In this document: in pieces, positions 1 through 8,671 of the stretch
Layout of the letters: every line of letters starts with the position of its first letter
Numbering within the stretch: position 1 is the stretch's first letter
Origin: a virus
Lineage: Duplodnaviria > Caudoviricetes
IMG/VR virus record: IMGVR_UViG_3300022923_000005
Location: 1 to 64,000 of that record
DNA: 64,000 nucleotides
Reading direction: 5' to 3' (one strand)
Position numbers and translations under genes: made by a program
The notes under the pieces: model-generated
Told to the model about the DNA's origin: nothing
Databases searched by the model: none
The model's input: the letters and a program-made list of their open reading frames with translations, nothing else

Positions 1-263
1 ACATAACACACTCATATTACACAATGCACGTGATGTCACTGTTGCACTACTAGCACTAAGCAATAGCCCTGTGTATGACGCTGTAATTGCTTCTTAGACA
101 CCTATTATAGCACTGTTTTAGTGTGTATAGTTAAATATTATTAGCAAGTGTGTTTAATAGCACGGACAAGCAAAGTAATGTTATGTGCGTTGAAGAATAC
201 GCTATATAGAAAAGGTGCCCTGGTGCAACACGTCTTGCTTTTTATCGCGCAGCAGCGTATTGG

Positions 264-271
264 TATAAATA
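264..271 (+). promoter_or_regulatory. T4-type late promoter TATAAATA
   Basis: Exact T4 gp55 late promoter consensus, 5 nt upstream of ATG 277. Confidence 0.7.
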
Positions 272-276
272 CTAGT

Positions 277-519
277 ATGAGCAAACAAACTTATCTAATG
301 CCAATGGCATACTGTAGAGCAACTGGACAGAAGGTCAAAGGACAAGACCTTACTGGACACAAGTATACTTCTAGCCAACGCAAGTGGGCACAAGAAGCAG
401 CAGATAGAATTGCAGCCAAGCAGACTGCACGTACAGAGCGTGAATGGGTTGGCATTCTTGAAACTTACACTCCAGGTGTAAACACGCTGATCAATACTAG
501 ACACTTCAAAACAGTTTAA
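277..519 (+). CDS. hypothetical protein (80 aa)
   Basis: ORF track 148..519. Start moved to ATG 277, which lies 5 nt after a perfect TATAAATA (264-271). Confidence 0.7.
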   Translation: MSKQTYLMPMAYCRATGQKVKGQDLTGHKYTSSQRKWAQEAADRIAAKQTARTEREWVGILETYTPGVNTLINTRHFKTV

Positions 520-542
520 CGCCGGTCACAAAGTAGAGCACA

Positions 543-679
543 CGCTAGGTGAAACTCTAGCGAACTGTTCCCTGCCACGAGAAATCGCTACCGTTTTGCT
601 GCGCTATCGCTACGCTTACTTCGTAAGCACTCTAAAAATCGCGGACTGCTTCGCAGCTCTATCGCTGACGCCTCCGGCG
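543..679. other. cluster of short GC-rich hairpins in a convergent intergenic region
   Basis: Inverted repeats CGCTAG/CTAGCG (543-562), GCTTAC-TTC-GTAAGC (614-628), CTGC-TTC-GCAG (646-656) and CGCC-TCC-GGCG (669-679). Confidence 0.6.
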
Positions 680-823
680 CTATTCGTAAAACCTACGCAG
701 TCTTTCCAATACGGTGTGTTGCAGTCTTTTAAGAGCTGTGCCTCTGGGTGTACTCCATCCAATCAACAGTCCCACACAGAATGTGTATACGCTTACCAAT
801 AAGGGTGCTAGTTCGGTGTCCAT
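680..823 (-). CDS. small predicted membrane protein (47 aa)
   Basis: Within track ORF 680..865. AAGGAG precedes ATG 823. One hydrophobic segment. Confidence 0.55.
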   Translation of the reverse strand: MDTELAPLLVSVYTFCVGLLIGWSTPRGTALKRLQHTVLERLRRFYE

Positions 824-877
824 AGTGTTCTCCTTCACTTTTAGGGCTCTGTAATTAGTGTTCATTTAAATATGTGT

Positions 878-1978
878 ATGCGAAACTGGTGCCCTTCAAT
901 TAGTGGATATTTTGGATTATGGAACAGCGGCCTTGACTTTCCGTTTGTGTATCGCAAACAGGTACAGCCAACACGTGATGTACATCGTGCAGGACTTATA
1001 CCCATACAGGTGCATACACCAGGACCTCAACAAGAACTACAGCACAGTCTATGGCGCAAGATCTGTTTTAGAAACGGTCAGCCCAAAGGACGTGTGGCAC
1101 TGTTCAGTCTATGGATGACTGGCGAAGGTGTAGACACAGATCAATATATTGAAGATAGACTGCGTGAATATGAGTGGTGTGAACCTGAATACTATGTGCA
1201 TAGTAACAGTGCAGCAACACAGGGTATCTATTGGGACATAATGTTTAACAGACACAAAGCATTCTTTACAGACAGAACAGATAGACTGAATGGACTGCAT
1301 TGGACACAAGCACATCACGACAGTATGTGGGACTTGGCAGAAATACCAAAAACCAAAAGTGTAGCACGTAAGTATCTAGCACCTGTACGCATATACAGTG
1401 ATGCACTGCGCAATGGCAATCCCAGAATGCAAAGACGTATGCAGTTGGTTGCACTGTGTGAAGCACACAGCGAACTGGGCATATGCAGTCATACCAAACC
1501 ACTAGAGCCACAAGAAGACAATCCTATGCAGTTTAATATAGTCAAACAGAGATTGAGCAGTATATGGATGCCCATACACAACAGATACTATGAACGCACA
1601 TACTTTAGTGCATATATAGAAAGTGTAGTAGGTGCAGGAGAAACACGCTGTATTACAGAAAAAACATATGATCCACTTATCAAAGGACACTTTGTATTAC
1701 CCTTTGGTTATTGTGGTATCATTAACGATTTACTTAATATGGGCTTTCAACTTCCTTATTGGATTGATTATGCATATGATAGAGAGCCTGATGAAAACAA
1801 AAGGTGGAAGTTATGGGAAGCAGAGTTCCTAAGACTTGCACGTATGCCAGATGATGAGTGGAGTCTGCGCTATGAACAGGATCAGTGGATGCTTGAAATG
1901 AACCGAGATAGGTTCTGGAAGTTACGCTACGACAAACTGAAGTTTCCACTTGCAAAGGAAAGACAAGATGAAGATTGA
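878..1978 (+). CDS. hypothetical protein with ITEKT motif (possible GT10-like glycosyltransferase fold)
   Basis: Long ORF with C-terminal ITEKTYDPLIKGHFVLPFG...LLNMGF motif. TAAATA at 867-872, 5 nt before ATG 878. Confidence 0.55.
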   Translation: MRNWCPSISGYFGLWNSGLDFPFVYRKQVQPTRDVHRAGLIPIQVHTPGPQQELQHSLWRKICFRNGQPKGRVALFSLWMTGEGVDTDQYIEDRLREYEWCEPEYYVHSNSAATQGIYWDIMFNRHKAFFTDRTDRLNGLHWTQAHHDSMWDLAEIPKTKSVARKYLAPVRIYSDALRNGNPRMQRRMQLVALCEAHSELGICSHTKPLEPQEDNPMQFNIVKQRLSSIWMPIHNRYYERTYFSAYIESVVGAGETRCITEKTYDPLIKGHFVLPFGYCGIINDLLNMGFQLPYWIDYAYDREPDENKRWKLWEAEFLRLARMPDDEWSLRYEQDQWMLEMNRDRFWKLRYDKLKFPLAKERQDED

Positions 1979-2528
1979 TAAAGACATTGCAGTATGGGAA
2001 GGTGTTATTCCCAGTGATCTGTGCAAACAAATGATTGAACACTTTGAATTTAACAAAGGTATAAAAAACACAACGCCACGTAATAATTTTGCTGTAGAAG
2101 ATACACAACTGTATCATTCAGAACACTATACACAAAAGCACAGTTTCTATTTGAATCAGTTTACACCGTTCTTGAATTACTTTTGGCAGTGTTGGCAGCA
2201 GTATTCAGAATACTATCGTGTGCTAGAAAGCGACAAGCAGTTGCACATACGTCACGTAAAAACACAGCGCACAGATCCAGGACAAGGCTTCCATCAGTGG
2301 CACTATGAAGCAGACAGTTTAGAACACGCTAACAGAATTGCAGTGTTCAGTTTATATCTTAACACTGTAGAAGAAGGTGGTGAAACAGAGTTCTTAAAAC
2401 AGGGTGTACGTTGTCCTGCACGTGAAGGTGATCTTGTGATATGGCCAGGCAGTTACACTCACGCTCATAGAGGCAATCCTCCATTATCTGGTACTAAGTA
2501 TATACTTACAGGTTGGGTAGAATTTTAA
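1968..2528 (+). CDS. 2OG-Fe(II) oxygenase (prolyl-hydroxylase-like)
   Basis: HQWHYE, LYLNTVEEGGETEF, HAHRGNPPLSGTKYILTGW motifs typical of phage 2OG oxygenases. Confidence 0.88.
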   Translation: MKIDKDIAVWEGVIPSDLCKQMIEHFEFNKGIKNTTPRNNFAVEDTQLYHSEHYTQKHSFYLNQFTPFLNYFWQCWQQYSEYYRVLESDKQLHIRHVKTQRTDPGQGFHQWHYEADSLEHANRIAVFSLYLNTVEEGGETEFLKQGVRCPAREGDLVIWPGSYTHAHRGNPPLSGTKYILTGWVEF

Positions 2529-2541
2529 TAAATACCCGTGT

Positions 2542-2775
2542 ATGAATTGGGAAATAAGATTAGCACTGAGTTTAATGCTGTTACTCTGTCTCCTTGCTCT
2601 ACAAGCCTGCAATCAAGTTCCTGTCATAGAAAAAATTGAACAACAGCACGAACAAGAACAAGTTGTAGAACCTCAAGACAATGAATTGTCTAGTACAGGG
2701 CCAACTAACTTTGAAGGTATAGCAAACGCATTAGGCTGCGTTTTTGCACCAAATACCTGTGATTCTTCCAAATAA
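2542..2775 (+). CDS. putative lipoprotein
   Basis: Hydrophobic N-terminus ending in LQAC lipobox-like motif. TAAATA at 2529-2534. Confidence 0.6.
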   Translation: MNWEIRLALSLMLLLCLLALQACNQVPVIEKIEQQHEQEQVVEPQDNELSSTGPTNFEGIANALGCVFAPNTCDSSK

Positions 2776-2822
2776 AAGATAACTACTCACATAACTAAAA
2801 CCAACCTAACCCAAGGATAGTT

Positions 2823-2966
2823 ATGAAATTACATAAGACATTCGTTGCTCACGAGTCTACACCTAAAAAAACTAGCATTGCTAATAAAAAGGGAAGATGT
2901 AAAATGAGTTCAATGAACAAGCATAAAAAGCGAAGTCATAAATTTTATAAAGGACAAGGAAGATAA
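2823..2966 (+). CDS. small basic protein (47 aa, ends SSMNKHKKRSHKFYKGQGR)
   Basis: Read manually (below ORF-track cutoff). AAGGA upstream; stop overlaps the next ATG (TAATG). Confidence 0.7.
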   Translation: MKLHKTFVAHESTPKKTSIANKKGRCKMSSMNKHKKRSHKFYKGQGR

Positions 2967-3154
2967 TGGCCGTTAAAAAATCGAAAGGAATGAAAATAAA
3001 CCACATTCAAAGACAGCACGAAGGCAGAGATATTATGCCTACTAGATACATTGCCAAAGGTAGAGGCAGAGGTATTATGTGTGCTGCTTACAAGGATACT
3101 AGAGAATTGGTTTTGGACAGCAATGGCAATGCTGTTCCGTGGAATCAAGCGTAA
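2966..3154 (+). CDS. hypothetical protein
   Basis: ORF coupled to the upstream gene by TAATG overlap. Confidence 0.65.
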   Translation: MAVKKSKGMKINHIQRQHEGRDIMPTRYIAKGRGRGIMCAAYKDTRELVLDSNGNAVPWNQA

Positions 3155-3217
3155 TATTCTATAAGCCTAACGTAAAACGCTTTAATTAGTGTATGCAATG
3201 TTTGTGGTGTTGTATAT

Positions 3218-3267
3218 GCTAAACACCGCTGTATGACGCTTAAAATGCGTTTTAGACGGTGTTTAGC
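3218..3267. terminator. stem-loop between convergent genes (putative bidirectional terminator)
   Basis: 11-bp inverted repeat GCTAAACACCG (3218-3228) / CGGTGTTTAGC (3257-3267) with inner ACGC/GCGT pairing. Confidence 0.5.
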
Positions 3268-3284
3268 GAAGGTTTAAACTGTAC

Positions 3285-3596
3285 TTACTGTGTAGTAGTG
3301 TAGAATCTTACTGCACCTTTTAGTGCTTTCCAAAATTTGGAAATTGTCTCTTTATTATTAGCAAGTTGGTCTTTCCCTTGTTGCCAACTTTCTTTTTGGA
3401 ACTCAACTATCTCATTCTTTTCATCAATAACAAATTGAGTTACTCTGTTATTAATAGCCCTATCCTTAACTGTTTCTACTGTGTTAATAATTGGGTTGTC
3501 TTGTGTTTCATTTGCCTGTGCTTCATTAGTAGTTACGAATAAAACAAATGCTACTGTTATCACTGCTACTATTGTCCATACTGTTTTAGTTTTCAT
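3285..3596 (-). CDS. hypothetical secreted or membrane-anchored protein
   Basis: Signal-peptide-like N-terminus ending AQA. GAGG upstream. Lies directly downstream of the tRNA. Confidence 0.7.
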   Translation of the reverse strand: MKTKTVWTIVAVITVAFVLFVTTNEAQANETQDNPIINTVETVKDRAINNRVTQFVIDEKNEIVEFQKESWQQGKDQLANNKETISKFWKALKGAVRFYTTTQ

Positions 3597-3619
3597 TTTT
3601 GCCTCGTTGTTGTTGTTTT

Positions 3620-3696
3620 TGGCCTGCTCGGGAGGATTCGAACCTCCGGCCTCAAGTTCCGCAAACTTGTGCTCTATCCGGCTGAGCTACGAGCAG
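3620..3696 (-). tRNA. tRNA-Arg (anticodon GCG), CCA encoded
   Basis: Minus strand folds as a cloverleaf: acceptor CTGCTCG/CGAGCAG, G73, CCA; D-loop with GG and A20 (Arg identity element); anticodon stem CAAGT/ACTTG with loop TT-GCG-GA; T-loop GGTTCGAATCC. Confidence 0.95.
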
Positions 3697-3714
3697 TTAT
3701 TACTTCTTATTATT

Positions 3715-3743
3715 AATATATAACAATTAACCACAATAGTCAA
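3715..3743 (-). promoter_or_regulatory. sigma70-type promoter for the tRNA
   Basis: TTGACT (3738-3743), 17-nt spacer, TATATT (3715-3720). Confidence 0.6.
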
Positions 3744-3772
3744 CCAACAATTACAACCAAATTAAATACAGT

Positions 3773-4129
3773 ATGACGGATACACAAGTTTGGACAGCAA
3801 TAGTGTCCACAGTATTTCTTACTTCAATTGTATACACACTAACAGGTTGGCGAAACATTCTAGACTGTTATAAGATGTGGTTTGATAAGAAATATTGGAC
3901 CAATTATAATTTAATAGAAGCAATTGCTTGGATTGCCAAAGCAGCAATTATCATTCCAGGGTTAATTTTTGGTATTGAAATCTGGGAGCTCTATTTCATC
4001 TCTTTGTTCACAAGTATGTTGCTTATTTGGGCTAGTTACAAAAAACTATTGCCAACACTTGTAGCATTTAATACATTATGGATTTGGTTAAGTATGATGG
4101 TTATAGTGCAGCACTTACCATTTATCTAA
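3773..4129 (+). CDS. multi-pass membrane protein
   Basis: 118 aa with about four hydrophobic segments. TAAATA 4 nt before ATG. Confidence 0.75.
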   Translation: MTDTQVWTAIVSTVFLTSIVYTLTGWRNILDCYKMWFDKKYWTNYNLIEAIAWIAKAAIIIPGLIFGIEIWELYFISLFTSMLLIWASYKKLLPTLVAFNTLWIWLSMMVIVQHLPFI

Positions 4130-4372
4130 GTTAACTCCCCTAGCATTGAACGTACCGTTTGCTCTGTTCTTACGATAATCAAATGGTACACTAACACTTC
4201 GTGGATTACTCATACCTCTACCTACCCATTTGAAAGTGTTGTATACCGTAGATGGATTTACGTGATCGTAATATCTTTGTACCCAAGTATCTTTTTGTTC
4301 GGCATATGATTCTACTTCTTCGAATGTGCCATACACATCTTCACCGTTATCCAAACGTGCTAGTTCTATCAC
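4115..4372 (-). CDS. hypothetical protein
   Basis: 85-aa ORF whose start overlaps the iscU stop (GTGA). Confidence 0.65.
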   Translation of the reverse strand: MIELARLDNGEDVYGTFEEVESYAEQKDTWVQRYYDHVNPSTVYNTFKWVGRGMSNPRSVSVPFDYRKNRANGTFNARGVNLDKW

Positions 4373-4791
4373 TTTTGATTGTGTTTACGATGTGCAGTTT
4401 TTTGTTCCCAATCTTTTAGAGCTTTCTTAATTGAATCCTCTGCAAGTACAGAACAGTGTAATTTTATAGGCGGTAGTTCTAGTGCTGCTGCAATATCTTT
4501 ATCTTTTATTTCTTGTGCTTGTGTCATTGTTAAGCCTTTCAGCATTTCAACAAACATAGTTGAACTTGCAATTGCACTACCACAACCATACGTTTTAAAC
4601 TTAACGTCTTCTATTACGTCTGTCATTGGGTTTACTTTTAGGTCTAGTTTCATAACATCGCCACACGCTGGTGCTCCTGTCATTCCTGTTGCCACGTTGG
4701 GGTCATTAGGATCAAAGCGACCTACACCGTGATCCTGCGGGTTGTTAAGAACGTCCTCAAAACGCTTAACCACTTTATCTGAATATGCCAT
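4369..4791 (-). CDS. iscU: Fe-S cluster scaffold protein IscU
   Basis: GAPACGDVM, FKTYGCGSAIASS and LPPIKLHCS motifs; three Cys ligands and an LPPVK-like HscA-binding motif. Confidence 0.95.
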   Translation of the reverse strand: MAYSDKVVKRFEDVLNNPQDHGVGRFDPNDPNVATGMTGAPACGDVMKLDLKVNPMTDVIEDVKFKTYGCGSAIASSTMFVEMLKGLTMTQAQEIKDKDIAAALELPPIKLHCSVLAEDSIKKALKDWEQKTAHRKHNQK

Positions 4792-4808
4792 AATGTATGT
4801 GAAAATTT

Positions 4809-4844
4809 ATAAGTGTATTATACACTTATTTATGTGTGCGTCAA
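4809..4844 (-). promoter_or_regulatory. composite sigma70 plus late promoter for iscU, with palindrome over the -10 box
   Basis: TTGACG (4839-4844), 16-nt spacer, TATAAT (4817-4822). TAAATA (4827-4832) in the spacer. 9-bp inverted repeat at 4809-4829. Confidence 0.6.
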
Positions 4845-4855
4845 CCTATTTTGGG

Positions 4856-5056
4856 CTAAACTCTTTTGCCTTTGCCTATCGGCTTACAAGTATATTCTAC
4901 ACTTTCCCAATCGCCGTCGACTGGAATTTTTTTATAGGTATGTAACATTTTAAAGCAATCTTGCTTTGCTGTTTTACCATCGAACCACTGTACATCTTGC
5001 TGTAAGCACGTGCCACTCAAACATACAGTTAGTAGTATTTGCCAAATGAATTCCAC
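4856..5056 (-). CDS. small Cys-containing hypothetical protein
   Basis: 66-aa ORF coupled to the upstream gene; hydrophobic N-terminus and four Cys. Confidence 0.6.
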   Translation of the reverse strand: MEFIWQILLTVCLSGTCLQQDVQWFDGKTAKQDCFKMLHTYKKIPVDGDWESVEYTCKPIGKGKRV

Positions 5057-5496
5057 TATTCTATCTCATATGCAAAGTTAACTGTGTCATAGTTTTCTCG
5101 ATACTTCCAAGCACCATTGCGCAAGTGAAAACGTTCTGCCATTTCAGTTGGCGGACTCAGTGTAACTAAGTTTTTAATTTTAGGATACCGTGCTTTGATT
5201 TCTTTACTTGCTTCGTTTATCAATTCACGCCCACTACCTTTTGCGTAACTCCAGATAGTATAAAAGACAGCAGTGTCAGCATCAATTGAAGATGTCTTTT
5301 GCATTTCATTGATACCCTCAGGGATACCTTCTGTGTATCTTACACAACATACTGCACCTAGACCATTTTCTTCCCAGTATGCAAATATTTCTGCATTTTC
5401 ATTTACTCTAAATTCTGCAGATAGGTTTGGTCTAACAGGATCGTCTTTGATAATCTCTGTAACCCAATCGTCGATACCTGTAACGACTTTTAACAT
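5056..5496 (-). CDS. GNAT-like protein resembling the malonyl-CoA decarboxylase catalytic domain
   Basis: TAVFYTIW...GSGRELI...YP...VTLSP motif order. GGAG upstream. Confidence 0.5.
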   Translation of the reverse strand: MLKVVTGIDDWVTEIIKDDPVRPNLSAEFRVNENAEIFAYWEENGLGAVCCVRYTEGIPEGINEMQKTSSIDADTAVFYTIWSYAKGSGRELINEASKEIKARYPKIKNLVTLSPPTEMAERFHLRNGAWKYRENYDTVNFAYEIE

Positions 5497-5531
5497 ATAA
5501 AATCTCCATTAACTGCTAGTAATATTTATTT

Positions 5532-6266
5532 TTAAAGATACTGTTTTAGATATTCTTGGGCGAGGGTCTTACTACCGTGATCATCGAGGTGATAGCCATC
5601 TACAGTGTGTTTGCAGTGTCCTTCTTTGCCTTTCCACCCTTTGTGTTCTTGCCATTCAGTAACTGCTTGTGGTACAATAGTTTCTAACCTGTCGTACCAA
5701 CTAGTGAACAATTCGTTACGTTTTCCTTCTATAGGATGCCATAAGAATGTTACTAATTTAGTGTTATATACTTTACATAATTGCTCAACAGTAAACAAAT
5801 GTGTAGCATATTTTACAGTAGTTTCATAATTATTGTCTGCTTGATATCGTAAATACCATTCGTTGTAATCTTTATATACTTTTACTTTGCCGAAGTCTTT
5901 ACCGTGAAACTTTTTCATAGCACCTACATTATTACTAGGATTCAAACTCATTACAAACTCATCACCTACAAAGTTACCGTGCTGCTGCCAAGGATATGTT
6001 TTTTCTATGCCGCTGTTATCGTTTGCTTCGTTGTAGTTCATACCTACTGCTAAACGCATATTGTGTGGCGCTTCAAATATAACTAAATCATAAGTTTGTT
6101 TTGTTAATTGTAGTGCAAGTTTGTGTACACAAATTTCTATACCTGCACCTGGAGCACTTAACACATCTATATTACCTTCAAGCCAACACGGCCAAGGTTT
6201 ACGTGTAAATGTTGTTGAAGCGTGACTGTCGCCTACGCAAAGTATTCTATTGTAAGACTGGGGCAT
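5532..6266 (-). CDS. SGNH/GDSL hydrolase-like protein
   Basis: N-terminal CVGDSH and C-terminal DGYHL motifs. Confidence 0.6.
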   Translation of the reverse strand: MPQSYNRILCVGDSHASTTFTRKPWPCWLEGNIDVLSAPGAGIEICVHKLALQLTKQTYDLVIFEAPHNMRLAVGMNYNEANDNSGIEKTYPWQQHGNFVGDEFVMSLNPSNNVGAMKKFHGKDFGKVKVYKDYNEWYLRYQADNNYETTVKYATHLFTVEQLCKVYNTKLVTFLWHPIEGKRNELFTSWYDRLETIVPQAVTEWQEHKGWKGKEGHCKHTVDGYHLDDHGSKTLAQEYLKQYL

Positions 6267-6960
6267 TTTCTAAACTTAATTCTTCATCTTCAAGATCTTT
6301 TATTTCTGTTGCTAACTTATCTATCATACCTAAGTTACGCAGTACCTTGAAAACGATATTTTCAGTTGACCATTCGCCCGCTTTTTCTAATCCTGCTTTA
6401 CGCATCTTTGTAATTTTTTCTTTAGTTTTGCGTAAAGTTGTAATGTCTTTTGAGTGTAATGCAGTTTCTATATCGTGCATTAAACTGTCTTTCTTGATTT
6501 TGATAGAAGCATCATTTAGATTTGGTTTAACCTTCTTAGGCTTTTCAATCCATTGATCTGCTACTATACTGTATACACCTGTTGAGTGATGTTCTTCTTC
6601 ATTGCCTTGCACATAACATTCTACAGGTAAGTTTTTAATTGTAATGTTATGTTCTTCTGCCCATAGTGCTTTTTTAGCATTGAATAATTCACGCTCAGTT
6701 TCACCTGGCATACCATCTACAATTATATGTAAATCTAAATCACTATACGCTGTCCACATATAGTTTGCGTTAGACCCTGTTATTGTATAATCAATAACGT
6801 CTAAATCAATACCTATAAACTCTTCAAACTTCTCTGCAATTTTTAACAATTGCTTCTTAACTTCAGGCTTTAATTGGCCATCGTCCCATAGTTTAGGGTT
6901 GAGGCGCCTATTAATAGTTACATATTCAGAGTTTTCTTTTATAAGATCTGTAATGCGCAT
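6247..6960 (-). CDS. Pol-beta superfamily nucleotidyltransferase
   Basis: ITGSNANY...SDLDLHI (GS..DxD) motif with third acidic residue in VECYVQ. TAAATA 4 nt before ATG. Confidence 0.8.
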   Translation of the reverse strand: MRITDLIKENSEYVTINRRLNPKLWDDGQLKPEVKKQLLKIAEKFEEFIGIDLDVIDYTITGSNANYMWTAYSDLDLHIIVDGMPGETERELFNAKKALWAEEHNITIKNLPVECYVQGNEEEHHSTGVYSIVADQWIEKPKKVKPNLNDASIKIKKDSLMHDIETALHSKDITTLRKTKEKITKMRKAGLEKAGEWSTENIVFKVLRNLGMIDKLATEIKDLEDEELSLENAPVLQ

Positions 6961-6979
6961 ACTGTATTTATGCCGTATG

Positions 6980-7234
6980 CTAAGACCACATCAAATGAAA
7001 GGTACGTTTGGTTTTTTGGTCAAAAAATTCAACTATTAGTCTACTGCCTTCACCAAACAACTCTAAGTGTAAACAGCACTTGCTTTCGCCTTGTTTCTGT
7101 ATCCATTTGATACAATCAGCACCTACTTCTTTGTGTACTTTTGGCCAGTCTATGTCAAGATATTTGTTAGGACGGTCGTCTGCAGGCCATTGATATAATG
7201 TATGGGTGTTATCGTTATATGTCGTCATCGTCAT
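6980..7234 (-). CDS. hypothetical protein
   Basis: 84-aa ORF in operon context after the helicase. Confidence 0.6.
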   Translation of the reverse strand: MTMTTYNDNTHTLYQWPADDRPNKYLDIDWPKVHKEVGADCIKWIQKQGESKCCLHLELFGEGSRLIVEFFDQKTKRTFHLMWS

Positions 7235-8645
7235 CGCCCATATTGTTTAAGATCTCACGCAGTTTGGTCGACTCGACTTGTGCTCTTACTTTTCCAACAG
7301 GAGCACCTGCTGTAGGATCATCGCTTGGCGCTGACGTTTCAGTTTTACGTTTAATGTTGTCGATTATAGAACTAGTGCCTCTATTGCCACCGTTCGTTGC
7401 TTCTTGTTCATCTTCATCGAGATCAGTAATTCTCAAAGTCTCAATGTTAAATTCTAAGTCTACCTTTTGTCCTACACCACTACTAGAACGTGTCTTCATA
7501 AGTTGTAATTGATATCTTCCACGTTCACGCATTGCCCTACTTGTAAAGATACCTATAACATTATCTGCTGTTTGTATTTTACTAAGTCCACCACTAATAT
7601 GCGAATGATCAAATTCTACTTCTTCTACTGCGCCTCTATTCAACTGTGCCGCAGTTACAAATACACATTGCAACTCCATTGCTAGATTACGTAGTTCTTC
7701 TGACACATACTTGTCTTTAACAAACAAGTTCTCTGCACTAATTCTTTTACCTACAGGCATCAACAAGTCTAAATAATCTACTAGTAACACATCTACTTTT
7801 TTGCCTACTTTAATTTCATATTCTTTCAAATACGCTCTAATATCATTTGCAGTTTTACCACTTGGCATATACTTGACTTGGAATGCACCTGCTTTCTTAC
7901 CAATCATCTTAACTTTCATTTCCACATCATCAATGTTCTTGAAAATGTCTCTTGTTGTAATACCTGTAGTCATACTATCTATACGCATACTAACAAGTTG
8001 TTCAGAAAGTTCAAGTGTCAAATAAACTACATTCAATCCTTGCAATGCCCAGTTCACACCTAAGTTTGCTAAGAACAAACTCTTACCTGCACCAGATCCA
8101 CCTGCAAAAATATTAAGTTCGCCTCTATTGAATCCACCGAACAGTTTTCTGTCCATTGTTTCCCAACCAGTGCTTACCTGTCCATTCTTATCTTTCAGTC
8201 CCATAAGTCTAGCACGAGGATCATCAAAATAGTCTGTACCCATATCACGTGCAAGTCCAATTTGTACGGCATCTTTAACAAGTATTTCTACTTGTCCATA
8301 TTCTTTCTTTTCTAATAAATCTGCTGAATTAATAATTGCACGTTCAAGTGCTTTGTGTCTAGTAAAACTTTCAAACTCATCCATCAACCAAGATAAATGT
8401 CCATCTTTAAGTTCTCCTACTTCTTTCAAGTCTGTTTTACAACTTGCATTTACAGTATGAAACTCTGGAAGTACACTATACTTCTTTGCATACTCATTTA
8501 TAAATTGGGCTGCATCTTGAAGTTTTCTGTCAAACAAAGTATGATCAAAGATACCTTGGCATCTTACAAAAGTTTCTGCGTCAGAAAGCATCATCTCAAG
8601 ATACAGTTTCTGTACGTCAAAATCATATGTCTTTGCTTCACTCAT
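7215..8645 (-). CDS. gp41: replicative DNA helicase (T4 gp41/DnaB-like)
   Basis: Walker A GGSGAGKS, LELSE, VDYLDL, TAAQLNR and MKTR motifs. Confidence 0.95.
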   Translation of the reverse strand: MSEAKTYDFDVQKLYLEMMLSDAETFVRCQGIFDHTLFDRKLQDAAQFINEYAKKYSVLPEFHTVNASCKTDLKEVGELKDGHLSWLMDEFESFTRHKALERAIINSADLLEKKEYGQVEILVKDAVQIGLARDMGTDYFDDPRARLMGLKDKNGQVSTGWETMDRKLFGGFNRGELNIFAGGSGAGKSLFLANLGVNWALQGLNVVYLTLELSEQLVSMRIDSMTTGITTRDIFKNIDDVEMKVKMIGKKAGAFQVKYMPSGKTANDIRAYLKEYEIKVGKKVDVLLVDYLDLLMPVGKRISAENLFVKDKYVSEELRNLAMELQCVFVTAAQLNRGAVEEVEFDHSHISGGLSKIQTADNVIGIFTSRAMRERGRYQLQLMKTRSSSGVGQKVDLEFNIETLRITDLDEDEQEATNGGNRGTSSIIDNIKRKTETSAPSDDPTAGAPVGKVRAQVESTKLREILNNMGDDDDDI

Positions 8646-8671
8646 TAATTTTTCTTTCCTTAATTATATTA

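Noticed and set aside
148-276. N-terminal extension of ORF 148..519
   Set aside because: A perfect late promoter lies inside it and ATG 277 fits the recurring TAAATA-N5-ATG pattern.
596-802. 68-aa plus-strand ORF
   Set aside because: TTG start without SD; runs through the hairpin cluster and antisense to a better-supported gene.
3481-3723. 80-aa plus-strand ORF
   Set aside because: Antisense shadow of the tRNA and of the 3285..3596 gene.
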